64,000 nt of DNA, from assembly GCA_029881215.1 (NCBI GenBank), contig JAOUNA010000001.1:13195-77194 (forward strand), written 5' to 3'. The position numbers were made by a program, and so were the translations under genes. Source of the DNA: Myxococcales bacterium. GTDB lineage: Bacteria; Myxococcota_A; UBA9160; SMWR01. Under the pieces are notes generated by a model. The model was not told where the DNA came from, did not search any database, and saw nothing but the letters and a program-made list of their open reading frames with translations. Below, piece after piece: positions 9,789 to 22,300 of this stretch (position 1 is the first letter of the stretch; each line of letters opens with the position of its first letter).

Positions 9789-10860
9789 GCGCGCGCGCCG
9801 GCGCGCCGGCTCGGCAGCGGACGCCCCGCGGCGCGGGGGGCCGCACCGCGTCGAGCCGACGCCCCGCGTGTCGATCCTGCTGCCCGTCTACGACGCGGAA
9901 GCGACGCTCGCCGCCTGTCTGCGCAGCATCGCGCGCCAGACCGAGCCCCGCTTCGAGTGCGTACTCGTCGACGACGGATCCCGGGACGGCAGCCTCGGGA
10001 TCGCGCGCCGCTTCGCCGCGCGCGATGCGCGCTTTTGCGTGGTCGCCGCGCAGCACGCGGGCCTCGTCGCGGCGCTGCAGCGCGGACTCGCGCAGTGCCG
10101 CGCGCCGTGGGTCGCGCGCATGGACGCGGACGACCTGATGCACCGCGAGCGCCTGGCGCGCCAGCTGGCGGCGCTGACGGCGGATCCGAGCCTGGCGGCG
10201 GTGGGTTGCCACGTGCGCCTGTTTCCGCGCCGCGCCCTCGGCGACGGCATGCGCGCCTACGAAGCGTGGCTCGCCGGCATCGACTCGCCGCAACGCGTGC
10301 GCGCAGAGGCCTTCGTCGAGTGCCCGGTGGCGCATCCCACGCTCACGCTGCGCCGCGACGTGCTGCGCGCCTTCGGCTACCGCGAGGCGGGCTGGCCGGA
10401 AGACTACGACCTGCTGCTGCGCATGCTGGCAGCCGGACTGCGCGTGGGCGTCGTGCCGCGCCGCCTGCACGCCTGGCGGCAGCGCCCCGATCGGCTGTCG
10501 CGCACCTCCGAGGTCTACGCTGCCGAGCGCTTCACCGCCTGCAAGGCGGCGCATCTGGTGCGCACGTTCCTGGCGCACGCCGATGCGTACGTGCTGTGGG
10601 GCTACGGGGGAACCGGCCGAGCGCTGGCGCGCGCGCTGCGCGCACACGGCAGACATCCGTCTCGCATCGTGGAGCTGCATCCCGGACGCATCGGGCAGCG
10701 CATCCACGGGGCGCCGGTCGTGTCGCCCGAGGCGCTCGGCGGACCGCCCACGCCTCCGATCGTGGTCTCGGTCGCGGGTGCCGAGGCGCGCGCGCAGATC
10801 CGCGCCGCTCTCGCGCAGCGCGGCTTTCGCGAGTGCGCGGACTACGTGTGCGCCGCCTGA
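9778..10860 (+). CDS. GT2 family glycosyltransferase with about 90-aa C-terminal Rossmann-like extension
   Basis: ATG at 9778 overlaps the upstream gene by 11 nt. VSILLPVYDAEATL, VLVDDGSRDGS and ARMDADDL (DxD) are classic GT-A/GT2 motifs. The tail carries VLWGYGGTGRALARAL. Confidence 0.8.
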   Translation: MCAERARRRAGSAADAPRRGGPHRVEPTPRVSILLPVYDAEATLAACLRSIARQTEPRFECVLVDDGSRDGSLGIARRFAARDARFCVVAAQHAGLVAALQRGLAQCRAPWVARMDADDLMHRERLARQLAALTADPSLAAVGCHVRLFPRRALGDGMRAYEAWLAGIDSPQRVRAEAFVECPVAHPTLTLRRDVLRAFGYREAGWPEDYDLLLRMLAAGLRVGVVPRRLHAWRQRPDRLSRTSEVYAAERFTACKAAHLVRTFLAHADAYVLWGYGGTGRALARALRAHGRHPSRIVELHPGRIGQRIHGAPVVSPEALGGPPTPPIVVSVAGAEARAQIRAALAQRGFRECADYVCAA

Positions 10861-10873
10861 ACGGGCGCGGCGC

Positions 10874-12259
10874 TCAGAACTCCGCCGAGCCGGGCACGCG
10901 CGGGAAGGGAATCACGTCGCGGATGTTTGCCATCCCGGTGATGAACTGCACGGCGCGCTCGAAGCCCAGGCCGAAGCCGGCGTGGGGAACCGAGCCGTAG
11001 CGGCGCAGATCCAGGTACCACCAGTATGCCGCCTCGTCGAGACCCTGCGCCGCCATGCGCCGCCGCAGCACGTCGAGGCGGTGCTCGCGCTGCGATCCGC
11101 CGATGATCTCCCCGACCCCGGGCACCAGCACGTCCATGGCGCGCACCGTCTTCTCGTCGTCGTTCAGATACATGTAGAAGGCCTTGATCGCCGCGGGATA
11201 ATCGGTGACGACAACGGGCCGACGGATGTGCTCCTCCGCGAGAAAGCGCTCGTGCTCGCTCTGCAGATCGCTGCCCCACACAACGGGAAACTCGAAGCTG
11301 CGCCCGCTGCTCTCGAGGATGCGAAGCGCCTCGCTGTAGGAGATGCGCTCGAAGGGAGTGTCGACGATGTGCTGCAGCCGCTCGATCGCGGTCGGCTCGA
11401 TCCGCTCGGCGAAGAACTCCATGTCGTCGGGGCAGCGCTCGAGCACGGCGCGGAACACCGCCTTGAGGAACGCCTCGGCCAGCTCCGTGTCGCCGTTCAG
11501 ATCGCAGAAGGCCATCTCGGGCTCGACCATCCAGAATTCGGCCAGGTGGCGGCTGGTATTCGAGTTCTCCGCGCGGAAGGTGGGCCCGAAGCTGTAGACG
11601 TTCGTCAACGCGAGCGCGCCGATCTCCGCCTCGAGCTGTCCCGACACGGTGAGGAAGGTCTCGCGGCCGAAGAAGTCCGCGCGGTGGTCCACCGCCCCGT
11701 CCTCGGCGCGCGGCGGCTGCGACGGATCGAGCGTCGTGACGCGGAACATCTCGCCCGCGCCCTCCGCATCCGAGGCGGTGATGATCGGCGCGTGCAGCCA
11801 CACGAAGCCGCGCTCCTGAAAGAAATCGTGGATGGCGCGCGCAGCGGCGTTGCGCACGCGCAGCACCGCGCCGATCGTGTTGGTGCGCGGCCGCAGGTGG
11901 GCGATCTCGCGCAGAAACTCGAAAGAGTGTCGCTTCTTCTGCAGCGGATAGTCGCTGTCGACATCGCCCACCCGCTCGATGCGCTGCGCGCGGATCTCGT
12001 AGCGCTGGCCCGTGCCGGGAGAATCCACCAGCGCACCGGTCACGCACACGGCGCAGCCGGTTCCGAGCGCGCGCGCCGCGTCGGCGCCGTGCTCGAGGCT
12101 CGCGTCGACCACCGCCTGAATCCCCGCGAAGCAGGAGCCGTCGGAGATCTCGAGGAAGGACACGCCCTTCGAGTGGCGCGCCGTGCGCACCCAGCCGCGC
12201 ACGCTCACCTCCCCGCCCGCCCGCTCGCGCGCCAGGATCGCGCGAACCGATTCGCTCAT
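10874..12259 (-). CDS. asnS: Asparagine--tRNA ligase
   Basis: 461 aa with full-length class IIb pattern: N-terminal OB fold ([23 protein letters not shown]), [30 protein letters not shown] and [10 protein letters not shown]. Confidence 0.9.
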   Translation of the reverse strand: MSESVRAILARERAGGEVSVRGWVRTARHSKGVSFLEISDGSCFAGIQAVVDASLEHGADAARALGTGCAVCVTGALVDSPGTGQRYEIRAQRIERVGDVDSDYPLQKKRHSFEFLREIAHLRPRTNTIGAVLRVRNAAARAIHDFFQERGFVWLHAPIITASDAEGAGEMFRVTTLDPSQPPRAEDGAVDHRADFFGRETFLTVSGQLEAEIGALALTNVYSFGPTFRAENSNTSRHLAEFWMVEPEMAFCDLNGDTELAEAFLKAVFRAVLERCPDDMEFFAERIEPTAIERLQHIVDTPFERISYSEALRILESSGRSFEFPVVWGSDLQSEHERFLAEEHIRRPVVVTDYPAAIKAFYMYLNDDEKTVRAMDVLVPGVGEIIGGSQREHRLDVLRRRMAAQGLDEAAYWWYLDLRRYGSVPHAGFGLGFERAVQFITGMANIRDVIPFPRVPGSAEF

Positions 12260-12310
12260 GCTGCGGCGTCTTCCGTGCGGATCACACGCACCCCCCGAGG
12301 CGCAATCCTA

Positions 12311-12360
12311 ACCGAAACATCGCCCCGGCGTGCGCACGTCGCGCGGCGCACGCCGGGGCG
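12311..12360 (-). terminator. Intrinsic-terminator-like hairpin downstream of the ALS-like/ALDH operon
   Basis: Perfect 15-bp GC-rich inverted repeat cgccccggcgtgcgc / gcgcacgccggggcg (12321-12360) with a 10-nt loop, 13 nt after the ALDH stop. On the minus strand it is followed by AUGUUUCGGUU. Confidence 0.55.
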
Positions 12361-12373
12361 CATGGCGACCCGG

Positions 12374-13810
<1,437 letters not shown>

Positions 13811-13852
13811 GACTTTCTCCTACTGTCTTGCGTCGGGATCGACGGGCATGGG

Positions 13853-15499
13853 TCAGATTGAACAGGCGATCTTGCCGAGACGTTCGCTGAGCAGCGCGTT
13901 CTCTCGGTAATCGATGGGCACCACGACCAGGCTCGGGCCCGGCTCCGCGAAGGCCGCCTCCAGCGTACCCCGCAGCGCGCGGCTGCGCTCGACGCGGTGA
14001 CCGTTCCAGCCGAACGAGGCCGCCAGCTGCACGAAATCTGGGTTTCCGAAGGAGAGATCGCTGTGCCTGCCGAACTCGGCCTGCTGCTTCCACTCGATCA
14101 GGCCGTAGGCCCGGTCCTCCCAGATCATCACCACGATCTTCGAGCGCAAGCGCGCGGCCGTCTCCATCTCCTGCACATTCATCAGGAAGCCCGCATCGCC
14201 GCAGATGGCGAGCACGCGGCGCTCGGGCAGCACCCGCTTCGCGCCGATGGCGCCGGGCAGCGCGAAGCCCATGGCGCAGAACCCGTTCGGGATGAGGCAG
14301 GTGTTCGGCTCGTGGCACTGGTAGTAGCGCGCGATCCACATCTTGTGCGCGCCCACGTCGGAGAGCAGCAGGTCGCGCCGCCCCATCACCTGTCGCACGT
14401 CCCAGATCACCTTCTGTGGGCGGATCGTGCCCTGGGTATCGTCGTCCGCGTGCGTCGCGAAATCGGCGAGCATGTCGCGGCGCACGTCCTTGTGCAGCGT
14501 CGTCTGGCAGTGGAGCGGTTGGCTCTCGAGCCGCTCGTTGAGCATCCACAGCGTGTGGGCGAGGTCGCCCACCACCTCGAGCGCCACGCGATAGTTCTCG
14601 TCCACCTCCGCGGGCACGAAATCGATGTGCAGGATGCGCTTGTCCTCGCGCGGGTTCCACAGGCGCGGCGGGTACTCGACCATGTCGTAGCCGATGCAGA
14701 TCACGAGATCGGCGGCGTCGATGGCGTGCGAGACGCGATCTCTGGCCTGCAGCCCGATCGTGAAGAGGCAGTGCTCGTCGTCGCGGTCGACGCAGCCCTT
14801 GGCCATGAACGTGCCGAGCACGCCGATGCCGGTCCGCTCGACGAAGCGCCGCAGCTGCCGGCTGGCCCGCTTGCGGATGGTGCCGTTGCCGGCCAGGATG
14901 ATCGGCTGCGAGGCCGACTGGATCAGCTCGAAGGCCTGATCCACCACCTTGTCGTCCGGCACGGGTCGGCGCACGCGCTGGCGCGCGATGGGCAGCGTGC
15001 TCGCGTCGCGGGCGGCGATGTCCTCCGGCAGCTCGACGAGGCACGCGCCCGGCTTCTCCGCGGCGGCGAGCTTGAATGCCTTGCGCACCACCTCGGGGAT
15101 GTTGTCCGGGTGGATCACGGACTGGGCCCACTTGGTGACGGGGCGCATCATGGACACCACGTCCATGTGCTGGTGACTCTCCTTGTGCTGGCGCTCGCTG
15201 TCCGCCTGGCCGGTGATGCAGACGAGCGGCGCGCGGTCCATGTTGGCGTCGGCCACGCCGGTGATGAGGTTGGTCGCGCCCGGGCCGAGCGTGCCCAGGC
15301 AGACGCCCGGCTCTCCGGTCAGGCGGCCCTCGACCTCCGCCATGAACGCGGCGCCCTGCTCGTGCCGCGTGAGCACGAACTCGATGGGAGAGTCCTCGAG
15401 CGAGATCATGAGGTCCGCGTTCTCTTCACCCGGCACGCCATAGATCGTGTGCACGCCCTCGGCCTCGAGGCACCGCACGAACAGATCGGAAGCCTTCAC
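13853..15499 (-). CDS. Thiamine-diphosphate enzyme, acetolactate synthase-like (catabolic AlsS-like)
   Basis: GVHTIYGVPGEEN, RHEQGAAFMAE, GPGATNLITG and the ThDP motif ICGDAGFLMNVQE. GTG start at 15499 (GAGG upstream) or 15505. The track extension to 15736 is unsupported. Confidence 0.8.
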   Translation of the reverse strand: MKASDLFVRCLEAEGVHTIYGVPGEENADLMISLEDSPIEFVLTRHEQGAAFMAEVEGRLTGEPGVCLGTLGPGATNLITGVADANMDRAPLVCITGQADSERQHKESHQHMDVVSMMRPVTKWAQSVIHPDNIPEVVRKAFKLAAAEKPGACLVELPEDIAARDASTLPIARQRVRRPVPDDKVVDQAFELIQSASQPIILAGNGTIRKRASRQLRRFVERTGIGVLGTFMAKGCVDRDDEHCLFTIGLQARDRVSHAIDAADLVICIGYDMVEYPPRLWNPREDKRILHIDFVPAEVDENYRVALEVVGDLAHTLWMLNERLESQPLHCQTTLHKDVRRDMLADFATHADDDTQGTIRPQKVIWDVRQVMGRRDLLLSDVGAHKMWIARYYQCHEPNTCLIPNGFCAMGFALPGAIGAKRVLPERRVLAICGDAGFLMNVQEMETAARLRSKIVVMIWEDRAYGLIEWKQQAEFGRHSDLSFGNPDFVQLAASFGWNGHRVERSRALRGTLEAAFAEPGPSLVVVPIDYRENALLSERLGKIACSI

Positions 15500-15686
15500 G
15501 TCCACCTCGTCTCGTAGGAGTGCAGCCCACCGGGCAGCGCTCGGCGCGGCCCTCGCGGGAGGCGCCTCGGGGCGCGCCCGGGACCGCGCACCCGCGGAGA
15601 GTATCTCACGTCCGCAGTCTCGCGCGGCGGGTGCAGCGCGGCTCTCGGACCGGCGTGGGGCGCGGCGCCCCTGCGCGTCCCGCGTC

Positions 15687-18600
15687 TCAGCTGCGATCGC
15701 TCGGCGCAGCGGGCGCGGCAGCCGGAGCGGAGGCATCGACGCGTCGATCGGCGCTCAGGTACCAGAGCTCGAAGCGAGGCAGCGCGTCGAGACCGAGCGC
15801 CGCGGCCACCGCGCGCTGGTACACCGCCCCCTGCCGTGCGTAGCTGCGCGTGCGCGCGGCGAGCTCGGCGTCGTCCGCCACCCGGTCCGTCTTGTAATCC
15901 ACGACGACGAACGCGCCGCTCTCCGGATCCCGGTAGACCAGATCGATGCTGCCCGAGAACAGCGCGAGCGGCTCGTCGTCCGGCTGGGCCGCGAGCAGAA
16001 CGGGAAGCTCCCGCGCCACGATGTGATCGCGCAGCGCGCGCAGCGTTGCGAGCAGATGCCCGCGCGCGAGCCGGTCGAGGCGCTCCTGCGCCTCGCGAAC
16101 GACTTCGTCCAGGCGCGCCGCCGGCGCCAGAGGGCGCAGCAACAGCGCGAGCCCGGCGCGCTGCCGCGCGAGCTCCGCGGCGGGCTCCGCGTCGAGGTCG
16201 AAGCACTCGAGCACGCGGTGCACGGCGCTGCCGGCCAGGCGCGCGCACAGGCCATCCGCGAGCGCGGCCGCGCCCGGCGGGCGCTCCGACGCCGGCGCTG
16301 CATGCGCCTCGGCCGAGGCCGTCGCCAGCAGCGGCCGGCGCATGCGCGCCTCGGCCTGCGCGCGCGCCCGGTGCAGCGCCTCCGCATCCGCGCGCACGCG
16401 CTCGAGATCGGGCGCCTCCGGCGCCGTGCGCGCCGGAGGGGCGGCTCGCGCCGCGTCGAGTGCAGGGAAGCGCCAGCGCGCCGCGCAGGTGTCGAGTGCG
16501 GCGGCGCCCTGGCCGACGCAGTCGGCGAAGAGCTGGGGCAGATCGGGGGGCGGCACGCGGCGCGCGCCGAGCAGCGTGACGTGATTGCGCTCGCTGCTGC
16601 GAGTCTGGAAGTCGGGCCACAAGCCTGCCAGCACGAGCCGCTTGCGCGCGCGCGTCATGCCCACGTAGAGGGTCCGCACGTGCTCGGCCTCGGCGACGCG
16701 CTCGCGTGCGCGCTGCGCGAGGTCCCAGCCGAGGCTCGCCGCGCCCAGCAGGCGCAGCTCGAGCTGCCCGTCGTGCTCGCGCGCCTCGCACTGCCGCGCC
16801 GCGCGGCTGCCCGACGCTCTGTGCAGCTGCATCAGGTAGACGCAGTCGAAGTCGAGCCCCTTCGCGCCGTGCAGCGTGAGCACGCGCACGGCATCCGGCG
16901 TGAGATCTCGCGGCTGCCCCTCCTCGGCGGGCTCCTCCTCGGCAACGGCGCTGCGCAGGCGCCGCAACACGCTGCCCGTGTCGGCGCCGAGCGCCAGCTC
17001 TTCCGCGAGCATGCGAAAGAAGCGCTCGAGATTCGCCACGCGCCAGGCGCCCAGGAAGCGCGCCGCTTCGCTGGCCTCGAGCAGAAGGGTGCTGCGCAGG
17101 CGCTCGACAAAGACGTCCGGCGCGTCGCGTTCGAACGCATCGCGCAGCGCCGCGATCGCCTCGGCGGCGTGGAGCAGATTCTGCTCCCAGCCGCGCACGC
17201 GCTCGAGACCGGGAACGTCCTCGGGCAGCGCGCGCAGCACCTCGGGGAGGCCCTCGTGCAGCGTGCGCTGCGCCTGCGCGTCGACGGCGCCGAGCGCACC
17301 GAAGAGCGCCGGGAGCCCGATGCTCCAGAGAGGCAGGAGCGCGGCGTCCGGCACACCGACGGCGCTGCTGCGCAGCAGGGTGAGCAGCGCCAGGTGGTCG
17401 TTGGGATCGAGCACGCAGCGCACCAGCGCCGCGGCGTCGATGATCTCGCGCCGGCGGTAGTGGCTGCGGTCGCCTTGCACGGCGAAGGGGATCCCCGCCT
17501 CGCGCAATGCGGCGAGATAGAGATCCCAGTCCCCGCGACTGCGGAACAGAATCGCGATCTCCTGCCACGGCATCCCCTGCTCGGCGTGCAGCGCGCGCAG
17601 GTCGGCAGCCAGGGCGCGCGCCTCGAGCGCGCTCGCCTGCGCGGAGCTGGTCTGGCGCGCGGCGCCGTCCTCCACCTCCGCCGAGATCCAGTACTCGATC
17701 GGCGCGAAGCCCGCGTCACGCGACGCGTTCGCCAGCGCGGGGCACGCGACCAGAGCCTGGAATTCCGGCTGCAGGCCCGGCGCGCGCTGCATGACGGGCG
17801 CCACGACGCGCTCCACTTCATCGAGGATCGCGGGCACGGATCGGAAGTTCACCGCCAGCGGATGCACCGCGCCGCCGGCATCGCCCACGCGCGCCACGAA
17901 CGCTTCGTAGGCCGAGAGGTCCGCGCTGCGCCAGCCGTAGATGGACTGCTTCGGATCGCCGACCAGGAACAGGCCCGGTCGCTCCTCTTCCGGACCCTCG
18001 AGCGCGAGCGCGCCCACGATCGCGCATTGGCGGCGGTCGGTATCCTGGAACTCGTCCACGAGCAGCTGATCGATGCCGCGGCGCACGCGCGCGGCGACGG
18101 ACGCGCTGCGCGTGACGAGATCGGCCGCTGCGCTGAGCAGGCGCGAGAAGCTCGCGCTGCCGCGGCGCCTGAGCGTCTCCTCGACCTCGGCGAGGAGCTC
18201 GCCGAGCACGCGCTGCGCCGCTTCGAAGCGCGGCACGTCGAGCCCGGTCCAGTGATCGAGCGCGGCGGCCAGCGGCGCCGACGCCGCGCAGAAGCAATCC
18301 ACGCCCGGCTCGATCGCCTGCCGCTCGCTGGCGGTGAGATCGTCCCGTGACCACTTGCGCAGCCGCTCGCGCGCCCGCTCGGACCAGAGCGCGCGCAGCT
18401 CTCCAGCGCGCGCATCGAGTGCGGCGGCGTTCTGCGGCGGCTGCGCGAGCTCCGCGTGCGCGCGCTCGAGCGCCTCCGCGACCTCGAGCGCCACGTCTCC
18501 GCGACGCACGCTGCGCAGCCGCTCCCCCGCGACGGCGCGGAAGGCGTCGAGCGCCGCGCGCAGCCGCTCCCAGGCGGCGCGCACGCGCGCCGGCTCGAAC

Positions 18601-19310
18601 GGATCGCGCGCCAGCTCTGCCGCGGAAACCCCCTGCTCGAGGAGCGCCGCGAGCTCGCGCTCGAGCTCCAGGGGCCCGAACCCGTCGGCGGCCAGCCGCA
18701 GGGCCGCGGCATCGCCGGGCAACGCGTACGCCTCGCGCAGGCGCCGCTCGACGACGTCGCGCACGACCGCGGTCTGCTCGCGACCCTCCGCGTCCACCTC
18801 GAGCCGCGGATGCACGCCGGCATCGAGCGGATGGGCCGCGAGCAGGCGCCGGCAGTAGGCGTGGATCGTCTGCACGATCAGGTGGTCGAGCGCGCCGCGC
18901 AGCGCGCGCGCCCGCGCGGCGCGCAGCCCGGGCTCGGGCAGGGCCTCGTCGTCCGCACCGATGGGCAGCGACCCCGCCTCGAGCAGGCGCAGCGCGGCGT
19001 CGACCCGCGTGGCCATCTCGGCCGCGGCCGCCTCGGTGAAGGTGATGGCCACGACGCGACCGAGGACCCGCTCCGCGATGCGCTCCGGCGCGGAAGACGC
19101 CACACCCCCGCGCTCGCCCAGCTGCGCCGCCGCGCGCTGCCAGCCCGGCCCCAGGCTCCAGGCCAGAATGCGCGCGACCAGCGTCGCCGTCTTGCCCGTG
19201 CCGGCGCCCGCTTCGAGCACGAGGGGCGCGCGGAACTCCCGCTGCGCGAGGCTGCGTGCCTCGGCGTCGCGCTGCCTCAGGATCTCCGCGCTGTCGGTGC
19301 CAGCGCTCAT
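15687..19310 (-). CDS. addA: AddA-type UvrD-family helicase with C-terminal RecB-like nuclease
   Basis: ATG at 19310 (MSAGTDSAEIL). Walker A LEAGAGTGKTATLV and DEFQDTD (motif II). C-terminal nuclease motif GSIDLVYRD...VVVDYKTD. ATGA overlap with addB. Confidence 0.8.
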   Translation of the reverse strand: MSAGTDSAEILRQRDAEARSLAQREFRAPLVLEAGAGTGKTATLVARILAWSLGPGWQRAAAQLGERGGVASSAPERIAERVLGRVVAITFTEAAAAEMATRVDAALRLLEAGSLPIGADDEALPEPGLRAARARALRGALDHLIVQTIHAYCRRLLAAHPLDAGVHPRLEVDAEGREQTAVVRDVVERRLREAYALPGDAAALRLAADGFGPLELERELAALLEQGVSAAELARDPFEPARVRAAWERLRAALDAFRAVAGERLRSVRRGDVALEVAEALERAHAELAQPPQNAAALDARAGELRALWSERARERLRKWSRDDLTASERQAIEPGVDCFCAASAPLAAALDHWTGLDVPRFEAAQRVLGELLAEVEETLRRRGSASFSRLLSAAADLVTRSASVAARVRRGIDQLLVDEFQDTDRRQCAIVGALALEGPEEERPGLFLVGDPKQSIYGWRSADLSAYEAFVARVGDAGGAVHPLAVNFRSVPAILDEVERVVAPVMQRAPGLQPEFQALVACPALANASRDAGFAPIEYWISAEVEDGAARQTSSAQASALEARALAADLRALHAEQGMPWQEIAILFRSRGDWDLYLAALREAGIPFAVQGDRSHYRRREIIDAAALVRCVLDPNDHLALLTLLRSSAVGVPDAALLPLWSIGLPALFGALGAVDAQAQRTLHEGLPEVLRALPEDVPGLERVRGWEQNLLHAAEAIAALRDAFERDAPDVFVERLRSTLLLEASEAARFLGAWRVANLERFFRMLAEELALGADTGSVLRRLRSAVAEEEPAEEGQPRDLTPDAVRVLTLHGAKGLDFDCVYLMQLHRASGSRAARQCEAREHDGQLELRLLGAASLGWDLAQRARERVAEAEHVRTLYVGMTRARKRLVLAGLWPDFQTRSSERNHVTLLGARRVPPPDLPQLFADCVGQGAAALDTCAARWRFPALDAARAAPPARTAPEAPDLERVRADAEALHRARAQAEARMRRPLLATASAEAHAAPASERPPGAAALADGLCARLAGSAVHRVLECFDLDAEPAAELARQRAGLALLLRPLAPAARLDEVVREAQERLDRLARGHLLATLRALRDHIVARELPVLLAAQPDDEPLALFSGSIDLVYRDPESGAFVVVDYKTDRVADDAELAARTRSYARQGAVYQRAVAAALGLDALPRFELWYLSADRRVDASAPAAAPAAPSDRS

Positions 19311-22300
19311 GACTCGGCCCTGGCCAGATTCCAGATGGCGAGCGCGCTGCGCTCGATCGGCGCGCGATCGGGCTCGGAGGCCACGCGCTCGAGCCAGGCC
19401 AGCAGGCGTGCGCGCGCGCCCGAGTCGCCGCGCAGGCAGGCCTCCCGCACCTCGCAGCTCCGACACGCCTGCGGCTCCTCCCCCCGCTCCCCGGGCAGGG
19501 CAAGGCGCGGCACGAAGCTGCCCCGATCCCAGGCCTCGAGCAGCGTGCCCACGGCGCGCGCGAAGGGCGCCTGCCATTCCGGGTCCGAGGTCACCTCGAG
19601 CACGCGCACTTCTGCGCGAAGCTCGGGACGCAGAAAGACGTAGCGCCCCTGCGCGGCGGCGCCGCCGCGCAGCGCGTACGCCACGGCCTGGAGTGCCTCG
19701 CCGCGCGCCACTTGCCTGTGCAGCGCCGCCGCTCGGGCCGCCGCGCGCACCTGCTCGACGAGCGGCCTGCCCGTCTTGTAATCCGTGAAGCGCAGCGCCG
19801 AGCCGACGCGATCGACGCGATCGGCCTTGAAGCAGAGCGTGCGCGCGCTGCCCGAGCCGTCGGCCACCGTCACCGACTCCACGACCTCGGCGCCCACGAC
19901 GGGCACGCCATCCGCTGCGGACTGCCAATCGCAGGCGCGGGCGACCTCGAGGTAGGCGCGCGCGCGCAGCGCGAGCGCGCGCGCGTATCCGGCGAGTGCG
20001 ATGCCGCGTTCCCGCACCTCGCGCGCGGCGCAGTCCGCGAGAATGCGCTCGAGCTCGGCGTGCGACGGCCAGCGCGCGGGCTGGATGGGGCGCGCTTCGA
20101 GCGCCGCGTCCGCCGCGCGCTCGGCGCGGGCCGTGCCCGCGGCGATCGTCTCGAGCACCGCGTGCACCACGTTGCCGACGGCGAGGGGATCGGCGCCGGA
20201 GGGCAGCGCGCCGAGCGCGTCGGGCGAAGGCTCGACGCGCAGCAGACGCATGACGAAGGCCTGCCACGGACAGCGCGCCGTGCGCTCCAGCGTCGTGACG
20301 AAGAGCGCCGCACGGCGCGGATCGGTCGGGCCGCGCAGCGCACCGACCAGACCGAGATAGGGCCCGGGCGCCGCGCGCTGCGCCGCCGGCGCGTCGAGCT
20401 CGCGCAGCACCGCGCAGCGCCCGCGCGCCAGCGCCTCGGCGCTCGCCCGATCCAGAGCCGGCGCGGGCAGCGCCTCGAAAGCCAGCGACAGGGCAGCCTC
20501 GAAGGCCTGCACGGCTCCGGAGGGCCCGATGCGCAGCGCGTGCTCCTGGGCGGGGCGCAGCGCGTCGTCCACGGCGCCGCGGCTCCAGGGGGACACGACC
20601 GGTGGCGCGAGCTCCACTGCGCCGAGATTCCCAGCGCCGAGCAGCCGCTCGACCAGGGGCGACGGCGCGCACGCGCGCCCGTCCTCGTCGGCGGCGTGCC
20701 ACGAGAACGTGACCTCGCCGCTCGACGCAGCGAGCTGCGCGAAGAGCTCGCGCTCCTCATCCACCGCGTCACGTTTCACGGGCAGCTCGGGCAGCACATC
20801 GCGCAACGCGCGACGAACATCGTCGGCCAGCAGCGGATCCTCGACGATGCTGCGCGGGAACACCCCGCGGTTCATGCCGATCACGAAGAGGGCATCGAAG
20901 CTGCGCGCACGCGCCTCCATCACGCTGAGCACCTGCACGCCGCCGCCCTGCCCTCCGAGCGGCGCCCGCCCGCAGTCCTCCAGCGCGCGCCTCACCAGCA
21001 GCAGGAACTCCTCGCGGTCCATCTCGAGCGCCAGCGGAAGCGGCGCGTCCTCGGCGAGCAACACGCGCTCGAGATCGTCGCGGCCGGGGCAATCCGTCCG
21101 CCAGCCGAGATCCGTGTCGACGAGATCCCGCAGGCGGGCCAGGTGTGCGGCGAGCGGCGCGACCTGCGGCCAGCCTTGCCAGCGATCGCGCAGTGACGCC
21201 GCCGCGCGACAGGCGCGGGCGAGCGCCGACGCCGAGAGCGTGCGCCGCACGGCACGCAGCGGCTCGCCGGCGGCGGCGGGCTCGAATCCGCGGCGGGCCC
21301 GCAGGCTCACGTCGCGCCCGGGCAGATCGAGCGCGGCGACGTCGGCTAGCTGCGCGGCCCCGAGCTTGTGCAGCGCCTCGCGCAGATCCGCGCGCTCGAC
21401 GCGCGTGGGCGACCACGGCTCTCCGCGGGCGGGCGGCGCGGGCGCGAAACGCGACACGGCGTCGAGCCACAGCTCGGCGCTCGCACGCGCGCCCCGTTCG
21501 ATCAGCGCGAGGAGTGCCGCGAGGCGCCGGCCCGCGCTGCCGACGGGTCCGGTGGCGGCGATCCCGGACCACGGAACGCCGAGGCGCGCCAGGTGCAGGC
21601 GCAGCGGCAGGGCGAACGGGGCGAGCTCGCGCGCCACGATGCCGATTCGCTCGGGGCAGGCACCGCCATCGAGCAGCCGGCGGAGCCGCAAGGCCACGGC
21701 GCGCACCTCCGCGTGGGGTCCCGGGGCTTCGATCCACGTGAAGCGCGCTGCGGCGGGCGCGGGGAGGTCGCGCGCCTCGATGCCGCCGCACGCTGCGGCG
21801 ACGCGTTCGCGAAAGCGCGCCCCGTAGAGACCCTCCGGATCGCCCGGCGCGAGCGGCGCCGCGGGGGCCAGCAGCACCCGGGCATCGCGCAGACGCACCA
21901 GCGTCTCGATCAGATCGGCCTGCACGCCGGTGGCATCCGCGAAGCCGTGCACGAACACCGCACGCGCCGGGAGTGCCCGATCCGGCTCGGCCTCGAGACG
22001 CAGGCGCGCGCGCACGAGGGCGCGCGAACCGTGATCGATCGCCCCCGCGTCGAGGGCCCGGGCGGTGCGCGCGGCCACGCGCAGCAGCGCGAAGGCGCGG
22101 TCCGCTTCCGCACCGGACACGCCGCACGCGCCGAGACACGCCTCCAGCGCCTCGCCGTGCGCCGCTTCGAAGCCCGCGTCGAGCAGATCGTCGATGCTGG
22201 CGACCACGGCGCCGTAGCCGTCGACGAGCGGGTCGAGATGCTGGGCGAGCGCGGGCTCGGCCCGCGCGTGGCGCCGCACGAGCAGCGGGTAGGCGGCCTG

